Shown here one piece after another: positions 1-13,578 of a stretch of 64,000 nucleotides of DNA. Origin of the DNA: Takakia lepidozioides (Eukaryota; Plantae; Bryophyta). How positions within the stretch are numbered: the first letter of the stretch is position 1; each line of letters opens with the position of its first letter. The position numbers were made by a program, and so were the translations under genes. Location of the stretch: the NCBI GenBank assembly GCA_030704615.1, contig CM060732.1, positions 48,918,001 to 48,982,000 of the forward strand. Direction: 5' to 3'. The notes under the pieces were generated by a model, which saw only the letters and a program-made list of their open reading frames with translations, was not told where the DNA came from and ran no database searches.

Positions 1-408
1 ATTTGTGCATACCTTTTGACAAATCTTCTGTAATAACTGGTTTGTCCAAGGAATCTCCTTAGACTCTTAACATTTACTGGTGGTGGAGAGGCTTTAATGG
101 CCTCTGTCTTCCTGGGATCCACAAGAAGTCCCCTCTTACACACAATGTGTCCCAAAAGCACCCCTGAGTTCACACAGAAAGTACACTTCTCTGGATTCAG
201 GCCCAGACCTCTCATCCTGCATCTGGCCAAACATAACTCCAATTTATGCAAGTGCTCATTCTTAGAGCTGTACACACTGAAATCATCCAAGAACACCTGC
301 ATGAAATCATCCAGTTACTCATGAAAAGATTCACTTATCACTCTCTGAAAGGTTGCTGGTGCATTACAAAGTCCAAAAGGCATGACATTGTATGCATAAG
401 CACCCCAG
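1..408 (-). pseudogene. Gypsy-B pol fragment (reverse transcriptase), continuation of the element at 8464-13578
   Basis: Minus strand reads WGAYAYNVMPFGLCNAPATFQRVISESF..VFLDDFSVYS..LLGHIVC..RRFLGQTSYYRRF; near-identical to 63380-63641(+). Cut at 408/409 by a chromovirus LTR end. Confidence 0.9.
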
Positions 409-2007
409 TGTCGCGCACCTCACTTCGGTAAGCTCCCCTTCAAGTCATAGTTGCTAGCTTGATGCGCGCGCCCAACTCCCAACCTGGCCGCCGGACCAAC
501 TTGGAGCTTCGGCTGCTCACCAGGGCATAACGGTCCCCCTTTGAACTCCCAAAGAACCCTCCACCGATTTGGAACCAGCGGGAATTCCCTTTGGTAGTTG
601 GCAGTCCGGAACAGCTCCCCACTCTTTGGTCGCTTTCCGGCTCGCTCGCTTACTCACTAGTTTTTGGTCACCAACAGGCTTGCACCCTTCTCGGGGTTAC
701 TACTCCCTATATATACTTCTGTAGCTGTCCGCGGGAGTTTCACAACCAGCCATGCCATTTTATGGCGAACCACCACGAAAACCCTCGACTCCCGGGGATG
801 AGTCGCGGTGAGTCTTGGCCCACTCACCACGGCCCCTATGGACCGTGATGAGTCCCAAGACTCCCCACGACTCCCACCCTGAGGTCTCCGCCCCCATGGT
901 GAGTCCTATGCCACCCCCACTAAGTCCCGCTAAGCTACCACCACCCCTTGTGGAGCCACCCCCACCGCAACCCGTTGTGCGGGGCTCCACCTAGTGAGCG
1001 CCTCCGCCTCCTTGAGTGCCTTGGGCACTCAGGGGTGCTTCAGCCCCCCATACCTATCGCTGCCGCTGCCCCCACCACAGGGGCAGCCCCTCATGTGTCC
1101 CGACCCCCCTGCCCTCAAGGCAAAGGGCCGCGACACACACCCCTACCAACAGGGAGTCGATGTCCTCATCGACTTGTCCATTTTGTAGAAACGAACATCC
1201 AAGTTGTGGCGTCCCACATCAAGGAGTTTGTTTCCGTACCATGGCGTCCCATGGCAAAGAACCAAACCCCACACTTGACTCTACTCTCCACTAGCTAGTT
1301 CGGCCGACTTCCTCCAAGTCCCCGCCAGGGGTGGAGCCTCTCAAGCTCCTCCCAGTGCACTCTTCTTGGCCTTCTTCAAGGTCAAGGAATGATCCTCCCC
1401 GAGGATCGAATCGCCTTACTGCAACAACATTGCTTGCGATCGCTCCTGATGCCGCTTTTGGTATCATTTTGCGCAAGGGTTCACCTCGAACCCCCTTTGA
1501 CTAGGAAGATAACCTTGAACCAACCGTGCGCCCTAATCACTACAATTGGGTCCGTCTTGGAATGCTGACCTGAGGTACGGGAACACGTTGAAGCCGCAAT
1601 ACGACTTCGTCCCGAGGCTACACGATTATAGTACGTGAATGGAAGCACATAGCTTCCGCGTTAGCCCGCACTACAAGGCAACCACCTCGGTAGCGCAGTT
1701 ATAGTACGCGCACGCGCCAGGTGCGCACTAGCACGTGAACTCCCAAAGAAGGCGCATGTTTCCTTGCCCCTTGGATGGGAGTCACCCGATTTCGGCACTG
1801 CGCAAACACATGATTAACCCAATTTACCTCTCCCACTTTTGTAAGCTAGCATGCATTCTACACACTAGCCAACCACACCATGCATCACCATTCCAAACAA
1901 AATAGGACACACAACATTTGGAACCCATTTCCTTTATAACAAATTTTTGTACAATACAAGTTTTTGGAATCGGATTCCTGAGCTAGCTAAGCCGGGCTAA
2001 GCATGCA
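409..2007 (-). repeat. 3' LTR of chromovirus copy 1
   Basis: TG...CA ends, follows the PPT at 2008-2020, reverse-complement match to 14905-16504. Confidence 0.85.
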
Positions 2008-2041
2008 TTTCCTCCCCCACGCTCCAAGGTTGATGTCCCCA

Positions 2042-5000
2042 TCAATGCTTCTTCCGCTTTTGAGGTCGCCCTTCGAAAACTGCAACCGCCTCGGATGCGT
2101 TTCCCATTTCTGAGGCACGCACCCAAGATGCCTCCACATGATGATAGCCCTTCCATTTGACGAGATACTCCGTTTCTCGGTTCTTGAACCTCCTCGACTT
2201 AAGTACTGCCTCCACCTCGTACTCAGGTTCATTTTCATGATCCAACAGCACAGGTGGCGGACGCAACACTTGATGCCGATTCGGACGCGCTTCATCTTTG
2301 AAGTAAGGCTTCAAAAAGGAGACGTGGAATACTGGATGCACCTTGCTGTTTTCCGGCAGCTCCAATTCATACGCATCCTCATTCATAACCTTCCGGATGC
2401 GAAAGGGTCCCGCATACGGAGGTACGAATTTTGGACTCACTTCCGGAGGTAGTCGGAAATTCTTGATGTTCAACCAGACCTCCGTGCCTGCCTCAAACTT
2501 CACTTCCCTCCGCTTCCGATTCGCCTGCCTTTCATACCGTTTCCTCGCTTTGGCAATGTTGTACTTTGCGAGCTTCAACAAATGCTCGCGTTCTTCCAGT
2601 ACCGCCGCTACTGCCGATTCCTCAACGTCCTGGGTGGCCCAACTTGTCGACACCAGAGGTGCTTTTCCATAGACCAATACGAAAGGGGAAACTCCCGTTG
2701 CGGAGTGTTCTGTGTTATTATAATATCGCGTCTAAGTGTTCCACCCAGTCTGATTGGTCTGCCGACACGTAATTCCGCAAGATCTGCTTCACTACGGAAT
2801 TCACTCTTTCCGTTTGGCTGTCGGTCGTAGGTCGGAAGGCGGTGCTCATCTTCAGCCTCGTCCCCATCTTCTTCCAAAGTGTCCTCCAAAATTTACTCGT
2901 AAACTTTGGATCGCGGTCCGAGACAATATCCTTCGGGACTCCATGATGTTTTAAGACGTGGGCGAAGTAAAGTCGCCCTGTCTCTTGCGCCGTTGCCGTC
3001 TCCTTGGTGGGGATGAAATGGCCCATTTTACTGAACCTATCCACCACCACCACCATGATTGCATCGAATCCTTTTGACAGCGGCATAGCAGTCATGAAAT
3101 CCATCGAGACGCTTTCCCAAGTCCCCTCTTCGGCAAGGGTTGTAACAGCCCCGCTTGCTTTTTGTACTCGCTCCGGTTTTGTTGGCATGTGGTGCATGTC
3201 TTGACATACTCCTCTGCCTCCTCCCTCAGTTTGGGCCAGAAGTACTCTTTCTTCAAGAGTGTCGCAGTGCGCTTGGCTCCGCCGTGGCCCGCAAGCGGGC
3301 TATCATGGCATTCTCTCAAGAGACTATCTCTGATCCCTCCCTTCGGCACGTAGAGACGCTTTTGCTTATACCGGAGTAGTCCATTTTGCAAGTGGAATTG
3401 CGATTTAACCCCCCTCCTCAAGTCCTGCATCACGGACTTCGCCAGCTCATCCTTCTGGCAAGCCTTCCGGATCTTCCTTTGGAGCGCCGTCTCGCCCCTG
3501 TACACCAACAAGAGCTGCTGCTTTCTACTTAAAGCATCGGCCACCACATTGTCACGTCCCGGTTTGTACTGGATATCCACGTCAAACACCACCAAAGTAT
3601 CTTGCCACCTAAGTTGTTTTGGGGACAACTTGGGCTGCGTGGCAAAATACTTCACCGTAACATTGTCCGTGAACACCTTCACTGGGTTGGAACCAACATA
3701 GTGGCGCCAAAGCTCAAGACAGTGCACCACCGCCTTCATCTCTTTCTTGTGCGTCGGCCACCATCGCTCCACTTCGTTCAGTTTCTTACTTTCGTAAGCC
3801 ACTAGACGTCCATCTTGCATCAGTACACCCCCAATCGCAAAGTCCGACGCATCTGTATGAATCTCGAACGGCCGATCGAACTCCGGGATTTTCAAGACTG
3901 GAGCTTCCGCCATCCGCTGCTTCAATTCAGCAAAAGCTTGGCCACACAAGGTGTTCCATACCCAGACTTTGGATTTACACAGAAGGTCTGACAACGGCCC
4001 CGCGATCTTGGCGAAATTTCTCACATACTTCCGGTAATAGGAGGCGAGTCTTAGGAAGGATCGCACTCCCTGGACCGAAGTCGGAGGCTCCCAGTCCAAG
4101 ATCGCCCTCACCTTTCTGTCATCCATTTTGATCCCATCCTCTGTAATCACATGCCCCAGGAACTCCACTTTTGTGACCCCGAATTCGCACTTTGAAGCTT
4201 TGGCATACAGCTTCCCTTCCCGCAATTTCTGGAACACCCTTTTGAGGTGCTCCAGGTGCTCCTCCTTTGTTTTCGAATACACCAAGATGTCGTCGATGGA
4301 CACGATCACCAAGTCATCCAACCACTCCTGGAAAAGGCTGTTCATCAGCGTGCTAAAGGTCGCGGGTGCATTGGTGAGCCCAAAAGGCATCACCAAGAAC
4401 TCATATGAACCATACCTTGTTCTGCACGCGGTCTTCTCCTCATCTCCTTCCGCCACTCGAATTTGATGATAGCCGGAGCGCAGATCGATCCGGCTGAAAT
4501 ACTTCACTTCTGCCAACCGATCGAAAAGGTCGTCGATCCTTGGCAAATGATACCGGTTTTTGATAGTCACCTTATTCAAAGCCCTGTAATCGACACACAT
4601 CCGCAGTGTCCCATCCTTCTTGTCTGCGAATAGCACCGGGGCTCCGTAAGGTGACTTACTCGGCCGGATGTACCCCTTTGACATTAGATCTTTGAGCTGA
4701 GTCTTCAGCTCGACCAACTCTCTGTGGCTCAACCGGTAGGGCGCCTTGGCAGGCGGTTCCGATCCCGGTATCACCTCAATCTTGTGGTCAACTCCTCTTC
4801 GCGGTGGCAAGCCGCTTGGTAAATCCTCCGGCATCACATCCTGGTATCTCTCCAAAATCCCCTTGATCCAATCTGGGCTCGGCTCCCCATCGCCTTCTCC
4901 CTTCACTTCTCTAATGTAAAGCAAAAACTGGGGCTCGTGTGCCTCCTCCACGGCCCACTCCCTTTCTGACAGAAGGTTTATTCGCCCTCCCACGGGTTTG

Positions 5001-5552
5001 GGCGTTTCCAATACTCGTAAGACTTCGCCACCATCCCCACATGGTAGCGTGACTACTCTTTTGCGGCCATCTATGACCGCTCCGGATTTGCTCAAAAAGG
5101 TCATCCCCAAAATGAGATCCACTCCATCGATCTCGCAAATGGTGAAGTTCTCACGTCCTTCCCATTTCCCCATTGAAGAGGGACATCGAACACCAACCTC
5201 GTCGCCAATTGCGGTTCTCCTTTGGCAGAACGTACCTCAATAGAGGCCCCCACGTCACTTGTCAGGAGTCCCAGCTTTTGTGCCATTGCCGGTGTCATGA
5301 AGGAGTGCGACGCTCTTGTGTCCACCAACAATGATACGTTAGTTCCGGATATTATCCCATCTACAAACAATAACTGACTCCCTTTACGTAAGGCGCCAGT
5401 TTCCTGATACAATTCACAAGAAAATTTGCCTACCTTGCAAGTCCTGGCGACCACCGCTTCCACCAAGCGACTGATGGTATCTTCCGACAGCTCTGTGGTC
5501 GCCCGAGTCATGTTCAATTGCCAGGGCTTCGTGCACTTCTTGGCCATGTGCC
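2042..5552 (-). pseudogene. Chromovirus pol (protease, RT, RNase H, integrase, chromodomain), frameshifted
   Basis: VDTRASHSF (protease, DTG altered), [27 protein letters not shown] in place of YxDD, TDASD, HHCC and DDE integrase motifs, EYEVEAVL..YLVKWKGY chromodomain; split over ORFs 3092-5173, 2718-3197, 2042-2677. Confidence 0.92.
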
Positions 5553-6052
5553 NNNNNNNNNNNNNNNNNNNNNNNNNNNNNNNNNNNNNNNNNNNNNNNN
5601 NNNNNNNNNNNNNNNNNNNNNNNNNNNNNNNNNNNNNNNNNNNNNNNNNNNNNNNNNNNNNNNNNNNNNNNNNNNNNNNNNNNNNNNNNNNNNNNNNNNN
5701 NNNNNNNNNNNNNNNNNNNNNNNNNNNNNNNNNNNNNNNNNNNNNNNNNNNNNNNNNNNNNNNNNNNNNNNNNNNNNNNNNNNNNNNNNNNNNNNNNNNN
5801 NNNNNNNNNNNNNNNNNNNNNNNNNNNNNNNNNNNNNNNNNNNNNNNNNNNNNNNNNNNNNNNNNNNNNNNNNNNNNNNNNNNNNNNNNNNNNNNNNNNN
5901 NNNNNNNNNNNNNNNNNNNNNNNNNNNNNNNNNNNNNNNNNNNNNNNNNNNNNNNNNNNNNNNNNNNNNNNNNNNNNNNNNNNNNNNNNNNNNNNNNNNN
6001 NNNNNNNNNNNNNNNNNNNNNNNNNNNNNNNNNNNNNNNNNNNNNNNNNNNN
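5553..6052. other. Assembly gap (500 N)
   Basis: Run of N. Confidence 1.
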
Positions 6053-7615
6053 CACAGCTGGTTGGGGTGGTGGCATTTTCGGTATCGACAGTTCGGACAG
6101 TACTGCGGGAGGTAGGCTGCTGTCATTTTCGTTCATTTGTCTTTCTGTTACGGACATTTCGATTGGTCCTCACCATTTGTTTGTGTCCTTCTTAGGAGCG
6201 GTGCTTGGATTCCGACACGACATGCCGAACCACGAATATGGCAGAATCGGTCCACTCCTCCTGGCGAGCCGTCTTCTGCCGCACAATCTGGTGGACGTAG
6301 TCACGGCCACAACGGAGGACATCGACAAGCAATCATGGCCAGCAAGCCACGTATACAAGTTCTTGAGCGCAAACAATGGGGCTTTGGGCCGGACAGGGAG
6401 GAATTGTGGTACGAACACGTCGAGTCCAAGAATCCAGTGAAATGGGGCGACACATTGCGAGATAGAAATCAAAGGGAGCCTCTGCACCGCAGAGGTGAAC
6501 ACCTAGAGGGGGACGTCCGTACTCGCCCTGTCAGGCGGAGGATTGAAGAGGAACCCGGGTGCGAAGAGGATCCTGGAGATCCGACAGGAACATTCGGACA
6601 GCACCTCGAGGTCCCGTCATGTTGCCGCACAAATGTGTCTTCCAGCAGTGGAAGCCCAAGAATTCCAGATCGCCGTCGCCTTCAACCGGGGATTTCGTGG
6701 ACAATTCCCCACCGCTCCCATTGCCCCACATTCCGCCCGTGTTATTCAAGTTTGGCCAAGCCATTTGTGGAGACGACTTGTCTGCATCACAGTGGAGAAT
6801 TGCTCGCACAAAGCCGTCGTTTCGAGGAGGTGTTCCGCAATTCGTGTGGATACACGCAACGTTGTTTAGAGATGATAGGAGGAATCCAGATGGGCTGTCC
6901 CTTCTCCTACTTTTACAGGAAGATTTGTCCATGCAAGTTTGCGGAGGGACAACCACCAGTTCTGGTTTCTGCAGGCACGACATTAAATGACTTGCGTGTA
7001 TGGAAAGCCCAAGTACGGCATACAAACAATGCCAGAGGCTCCCCCGGTGTGGCCGGTGGAACCAGGCTTCGATTGTCAGGTTGAGGCCGACGCCCTTACC
7101 GCCGCAGGATTTCGGATGGTGGCAACGCACTGACGTCCCCAGACAACCATTTCCGCTTCCACAGCCTCCACCACCGACCCCTGTGAGAGCAAGAACAATG
7201 GGACACGACAGCTCTAAGCATCCTACACACCGTTGGGGAAACCGAAGAGGCGGCGACCTCCCTCAAAAGTGAACGAGACAAGGATGGGGAATGCACTTCG
7301 GATGAACTGTACAATCCAGAGCTCGACAGAAGTGCCCCCACCAGGATTCGGGCGTGTGTATCAGATGGCCACGGCGGGCTCAGCTGTTCGCAATGAGGTG
7401 TACACCATCACCATTTCAGAATTACCCACCTGCAATTGCACCGACTTCCAGATCATGGCGAACAAGGGGGCATCATACTGCCCTGCAAGCATTTGTACTA
7501 CGTGTACCTAAAGAGACTCCGTTGTAATTCCACAACTCATCACTTCATACATGCACCAGGGTTGAGCCCCCAGGAGGTTCACACTCTTCTGAATATGGAT
7601 CCAGGGGACCAGTGA
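6053..7615 (+). pseudogene. Mutator-like transposase, 3' half (catalytic E region, Cys-rich domain, SWIM), frameshifted; intron 6112-6195
   Basis: TNMAESVHSSW and CNCTDF..C(P)CKHLYY motifs; GT..AG intron at the same position as in C2. Confidence 0.82.
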
Positions 7616-8463
7616 GCTTGGCTTGCGGTCCACATACAATGGTACGCCCATCCTTTCGGATAGTAGAACTGTACTGCTGCCAGTACCTCAGACTCTGGCC
7701 ACAGAAAGGTCCGACATATGTCTTGCCTACCAGTAACCTGTTTTGATCGAACTAAGATATTACTATAATCGTTCACTTGTTTCCACATGCATGTATTTTT
7801 GTATGTTGGAGGTTCATGTTTTTCTGCTTTCCGAAAACTTGCTCTCCTCATTCGACCTCCAACAAGGAAATGTGGCGCCCGAATTTCCAAGTATCGTCGT
7901 AGGTACCCCGAGGCGGCCTTCGCCAACACCAAACCGCTCCGAAATTTCGCACGTGCGAACCCTAATGCGGCACCCTATTTCCAGTTCAGTTGCAAACCTT
8001 TCCCGCCGAATACCCGAAGAGACAGAATTGTGAAGTACTGCAGACTGTATTGGTGCAGACTCCATTGGTTCAATGGCGGCAAAAGGGTCAGCTTCATTCC
8101 AATGTTAAGGCATGTAAAACCGCGGAATACTCTATACAGGCCAGTATGCGACGTCCTTTTGCAGTGGTATACTGGATTTCCCGTTGCACGGTCACTTATT
8201 TCCATGAGCGGATCTATAAAACCATGAGCGGACTTGTTACTGACGACATATCTTCGCCGCATTACATGATCTGGAACGTCCAAAAACGGCAAGGTCAAAA
8301 AAAAAACTATTATTTTAATACTTGTTTAATCTGCCGCATTTCCAAATTTGGAGGAGTCCGCTCATGAAATCCGCGTATCTTAGACTTCGGCTCACCGCTC
8401 ATGCGGCTCATGCGGCTCATGGCTCATGGCTCATGGTTTCTGCTCATGAAATAGTAAACCTCC
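6053..8463 (+). mobile_element. Large TIR DNA transposon, subfamily C1 copy a (transposase-side end only)
   Basis: Ends (GCTCAT)n..CATGAAATAGTAAACCTCC, matching the ends at 21836, 44045 and 62125; Gypsy-B RT resumes at 8464. Confidence 0.88.
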
Positions 8464-11400
8464 ATCTCATGGCCCGCCACAGTGTCCAATACTGCTTCTG
8501 TGAATGACAAAGGAAAATGATCTTTCTTCGTGCAAGCATTCAACTTCTTATAGTTCACACAAACTCTCAGTTTACCATTCTTCTTGGGAACTATCACAAT
8601 GGGTAACAACCAAGTTGTATACTCTATCGGGTATATAAACTTAGCCTCAGCCAACTTCTTGATCTCTTTTCCAACCTTCTGTGCATAGTTGGATTCATTT
8701 TGTACCTTTGCCTGTTGATTGGTACTGACCCTGGTTCCTTTCAATCTTATGCTGACAGATCTCAGGTGGTATCCCTTTTAGATCCTCGTAGCTCCAAGCA
8801 AATACTCTGTATTGATGAACAAACTCTTAGCTTCCTCAAAGAATTCTGGCTCCAAATCAGCCCCTACCTTCACCATCCTCCGTTCCTCTTCAGTTCCCAC
8901 ATCCACTTCTCTCACCCTGCTCATCAGTTGTGATTGTCCAACTAGTCACCACTTCATCCTGTAAACTCACAGTGGCTGGTTCCTCTAGGATTTCCATTTC
9001 TCCTTCTCTTTCTTCATAAAAATGTGGTGGGTAATTGCTTATTTCACCTTCAATTGGTGTTGCTGTCACTACACCACAGCAGATACCTTTTAAACAACTT
9101 AGGCCTTCCAGCTGCATCTCTGCAACCTGCTCCCACTCTGGGTGTGCAGCGAACAGGGTAGCTTCCTGCTCCTCATCCAGTCCTCCCCTCCAGTCATACT
9201 CCCTGACCCCACGAGGTCTTCTCGTAGCAGGTAATCTACTAGATTTCTTAGTGGTAATTTGTATCTTGTGCATCCCATCATGCACAGTTAGTAACTGGGA
9301 ATTCCAGTCATGGAATACCCTGGCCTGTTTCAGCCACGGATGTCCCAACAATAAGGAGTAAGCTTCCATGACTTCATCCATTTTTAACACAGTTACTGTA
9401 ATCATAAAGATCATCTTTTGAATCTGTATCTTAACTCCTCTTATCAATCCCAATGGCTGTACACTTCTTTGATCTGCCATTGTTACTGTAAATGGGGCTG
9501 GTTTCATGTTACTTAGACCAAGCTTCTGCCTTAATTGGTCTGTCATAATATTCACTCCAAAGCCTCCATCTATCAGTACAACAGTTAGTTCTGTGCTTCC
9601 AATTCTCAATTGGATTACTGGCATAGAATCATCAAAGTCCATGACTGTTTCTCGCCCTTCCGGCTTCACATTATAACTGGTCACCTTGCTGTTCAGGTTT
9701 GTGTTTCCTGTCACATGGGCAATTCGATTGATTGCTTGATACAGCCTGTGTCTACAATAAGGTGCCACAGCCAATAGCTGTCCAATGGTAATCTCCGCTT
9801 TGGTCTGGCATATTACTTCAGCCAAAGTCCCTTCATTACTCTGCATGTCTGCAGCTTCTTTCTTCCTTTCATCCTCACTCACTTCTTCTTCTCCATCAGA
9901 ATCAAAAGAATCTGCCATGGGAATATCAGTACTCTTCTGCATTTCCCTTATGGTATCTGTCACTTCTTTGTGCAGTTCTTTCTCATCTCTCCAAGCCTCA
10001 TCATCTTCAGGCACATCACTGCCATCTTCATTATCATCATCTTCCTCAACTATTGGAGGTATTAGTTTGGCTTTGCTTCTCGTTACTATCATTGTACTTA
10101 CTTCTGGTACAACACATGGCCTAACCATGTGAGCTGCCACCACTGGGCCCTCATTCATAGAAGCTCTCATCTCATTCTGGTGTCTAATCCAGAATGAACA
10201 GACTGCCTTGCGATGTCCTGCCTGATTACAATAGTAACACAGTTCTTCAACATTGGGTCCTCGCCCTTGGTATGCTCTAGGATTATTTCTGTAATCCTGA
10301 TTCCCTGGCTGGTAATTCCCCCTTGGATTACCCTGATAGTTGCCTCTGGAATTTCCTTAGTAATTCCCTCTTGAATTACCTCTCCCTTCCATGCCATTGT
10401 TATAACCACCAGGCCTACCATAGTGGTCCTGATCACTATTTCTTCTTGGCTGGGGCTGCACTTGATGCACCCTTACTTGCCTAGGTTCTCTAACTGTTGT
10501 CCTTCTGTTGTACTAACAATTCTCAGTAGAATGGTTATCCATTTTACAGATAGTACAGTGTTTATCCTTCATGTGGCATTCAGTGGTGGTATGGCCTTCA
10601 TTCTGGCACTTTGCACACCAAACACCCTTCCTCCAATGTGTTGCAGCCTCTGTGGCATATTTCTTCAAGATTTCTTCTAATATTTTCTCATAGTTATCCC
10701 TCTTCAACTTCTCCTTCCTCTTACTCTTCCTTTTCAGTTCTTGCTCTTCTTCCTCATCTGACTCATCCTCAGAGTCCTCATCATCCCTTTTCTCTCTCCT
10801 GAGCATCCCAATTGCTCAATTCTGTTCGTTGTTTCAAATGCCTCCTCCACTGTATTATGGGGTAACATATCCACTTTCTTTTGCAACTCTGGTCTTAGTC
10901 CACTCACAAACCAAGTCTTCTGTAAACCTGGTGCTGGTACAGCAGCCAGCTTTTTCATTATCAATTCCATCTTTTCCATATACTCCTCAACAGTTTCATG
11001 CTTCTTTTGCTTTAACTATTGTAAACTTCCATACACTTCATCCTCAGTTTTACTTGTCCTCAACCTATTTTGGAATGTTGTATTCAAGCCATTCCAGGTT
11101 AGGAAATGATTATCAGGGAATCTTGCATACCATTCACTTGCCTTCTTGATAAGGGAACAAGGAAACAGTCTCATCTTGGCATCATCGCCATTCTCATTGT
11201 TCACTATACACATGTGCTCAAATTGGCTAATGTGTACATCGGGATCCCTTTTCCTGAATATATTGGAAAAGGTGGTTTTGCCCGTGTTGGTTGTAACGCC
11301 ATCTGTGGCCCTACCCTCTGCCCACTGACAGATGCTGGCACCCTTGCTAGTGCTGGTCCTTGAGGACCTGTTGTAGTTGTGGTGGATCTTCCACCCTGTG

Positions 11401-12135
11401 GTGGCCCCTGAGCACTCCCTGCTACTGGCCCCACGATATTCACAGTATTCCCAGCTCCAGTTGCACTACTTCCCACACTCCCTGTCCCCCCAAAGCCAGA
11501 TCCAGGCTGCCCGCCTGATCCCCCTGAGCCAACACCTTCGTTGGCCTGTGATCCAAGTGCTCCACTTGATCCAGGTCCAACGGGTTGGGATGTCCTGGTT
11601 GTAGTCTCAACCTCAGCTGTTGGGTCTACTTCTTCATACTCTTCCTCTTCCAATTTTTTTTTTTTTTTTTTTCATCCTCCAAGTTTTGCCCTTGGGTTTC
11701 TTCTTCACTCATGTAACTCAACTGCAATGGTGTTGGAGAGTCTGAACTCTCCGTTGGTTATGCCACATCCTCTCCTCCTTCTTCTTTTTCCGTTTTAGAA
11801 ACTGGAGTTCCTGCTTTTGGTGTTCCATGCCAACTCTTATCAAAGATTTCTGTCAAATCTTTTATCCAGGGACGTACCTCTAATCTTTCACCTCGTGGTT
11901 GATCTTCTTCCCGTACCAATTCCCTTAATCTTTCTTGCAAATAAAAAGAAGGAGTGACATCCAACTCTAGTTCTTCCGGTATGGGTGATGTACTCTCTGA
12001 TCTTAATGGTGTGAGAGGTCCAGATGATTCCCCTATGTCTATTCCTCTCTCCCAAAGATATGGATAATTAGCTTTCACATAACTTTCTCTTTTTGCTGAA
12101 TATCTCTAGAGTCTAGCTTCTCTTTCATCACTCAT
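8464..12135 (-). pseudogene. Gypsy-B gag-pol (degraded)
   Basis: ORF pieces 11758-12078, 11204-11653, 10734-10979, 10513-10806, 8890-10170, 8424-8744, colinear with 53548-56116 and 62126-63641. Confidence 0.88.
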
Positions 12136-12156
12136 GTCCCATGTCTTTCATTTCTT

Positions 12157-12852
12157 TTAATGTGGCAATAACCAAAACTCTCTTCTGTAGTATCTCTCGT
12201 ATATGCCTGGGTTTCTTTCAAGCTTCAATGCACCCTTGGCTATACTAGAAGTCTTCGTTACCATATAACCATATGGCAAACAAGTTTGGAAAGTTGTTCT
12301 TGGTGTGAGTTTGATCCACAGAATATCCTTTGGAATCCAATTCTTTACCAGTACCTGCTCTTCATGCATATGAGTATAAACATTCACCTTCCTTTCCTCC
12401 CAGCCTTCAAACTCTACTCGCTTAATGGATAGCAATGCTATCACATAAATCAGTGTTGGTAACCAACGTGCTCTTCCCCTACAGACCACCTAATAAATCT
12501 TTATCACTCCCTTCTCCAGACCCCACTCAGGGTCAGCATCATGCACTCTTTTAAGAATGTTTTCTTTACAACCGTCTGGCAATTCCAAGAACCTCTGAAA
12601 GAATCGTTTGGACAATCTTTCCTTCTCAGTTTCACAGGGAATTTGATTCACATCAAATTCTTTAATTCTCCAACCACCATGATCCCACCAGATGCCTGTC
12701 ACATCTGGTTGTTCAAGACTTAGTTCCCCAGTATGGTCGCCAAATGTCGAGCGGCTTTTACTCACCCATCCCTTCGCTATCCGAGGTGGAAACTCCAAGA
12801 TAGAAGAGTTGGATATCTCTAAGCACTCAGCCCGCTCAGTACAATCAGTCAT
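12157..12852 (-). pseudogene. Gypsy-B upstream extra ORF (~231 aa, one premature TAG)
   Basis: Two in-frame ORFs (12490-12852, 12157-12489) separated by TAG where the other copy has CAG; homologous to 52812-53526. Confidence 0.7.
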
Positions 12853-13578
12853 GACCTGCAGCTAGTGAATCATGGTTGTGCTTCCCCTTTGTATTCCTTC
12901 TTGCCTTCATGTTATCAATTTACCTTATCTGATACTGAAGCATCAGATTGCTTCAGTATCTTCTTAGTTCCAGTTAATCATGCATTCATTTCACAGCTTC
13001 ACTCATGTCTCTTTACACAGTGTGCTTGTATCGAATAAGTATCAGATTACGATTTATCAGGTACTAGGCCAATGTCAAGTGACTCTAATCCGTCCTACAG
13101 TATCACTACAGCTCTTCATCAAATAAGCATCTACTGTACATCTCTCCTCCTTCTCCGTGCTCCCGTTCCTGCTCTCCCCTGATCTCCTCTCCTCCATGAC
13201 CAAGAAGCGCACCCCCGTGAAGTGTCTTTCTTTCCGTTGCCCCTCTCCTTATCTGCCTGCAAGCTGTTCTAACCACCTAACTAATTAACCGTCATCCCTC
13301 ACAGTCATTCCCTGCCAATGATAACTGTTTCCTACGTAATGTGACAGGCTGTGTCAAGCTGTGCTGAGCTGTGACTGGTTGTGTAAGGCTGTGTCGGGCT
13401 GTGTTGGCTGTGACTGGTTGTGTAAAACTATGTCGGGCTGTGTTGGCTGTGACTGGCTGTGCAAAACTGTGGCGGGTTGTGTCACCCCCAAGGCTCCTGT
13501 TGGTCTCAGTCTGCGCAAAAATTAAGGGTACCCCACAGAACCCGTAAAAGCATCTAAGTCCCAAGCAGCCCTCTAACA
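12745..13578 (-). repeat. Gypsy-B 5' LTR
   Basis: TGTTAGAG...CGACA ends; homologous to 45079-46094 and 51917-52919; contains CTGTG/CACAG minisatellite. Confidence 0.9.

Larger units (their letters stand above)
409..5552 (-). mobile_element. Ty3/Gypsy chromovirus LTR retrotransposon, copy 1 (5' part lost in the gap)
   Basis: PR-RT-RH-IN order with C-terminal chromodomain; polypurine tract GTGGGGGAGGAAA then a ~1.6 kb LTR ending GTGCGCGACA; homologous to 13579-16504. Confidence 0.93.
8464..13578 (-). mobile_element. Gypsy-B (non-chromovirus, Athila/Tat-like) LTR retrotransposon, 5' portion
   Basis: 5' LTR, PBS-like TGGCGACCATACTGGGGA, upstream ORF, gag with three CCHC knuckles, protease (LIDGGFGVN), RT start (PKKNGKLRVCVNYKKLN). 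Inserted into chromovirus copy 2. Confidence 0.92.

Noticed and set aside
440-1500. Short ORFs in the chromovirus LTR, also seen at 15412-16152
   Set aside because: Recurrence is explained by LTR identity; frames are not consistently preserved and there are no motifs.
5101-6195. ORFs spanning the N run
   Set aside because: Artefacts of translating through the gap; the two sides belong to different elements.
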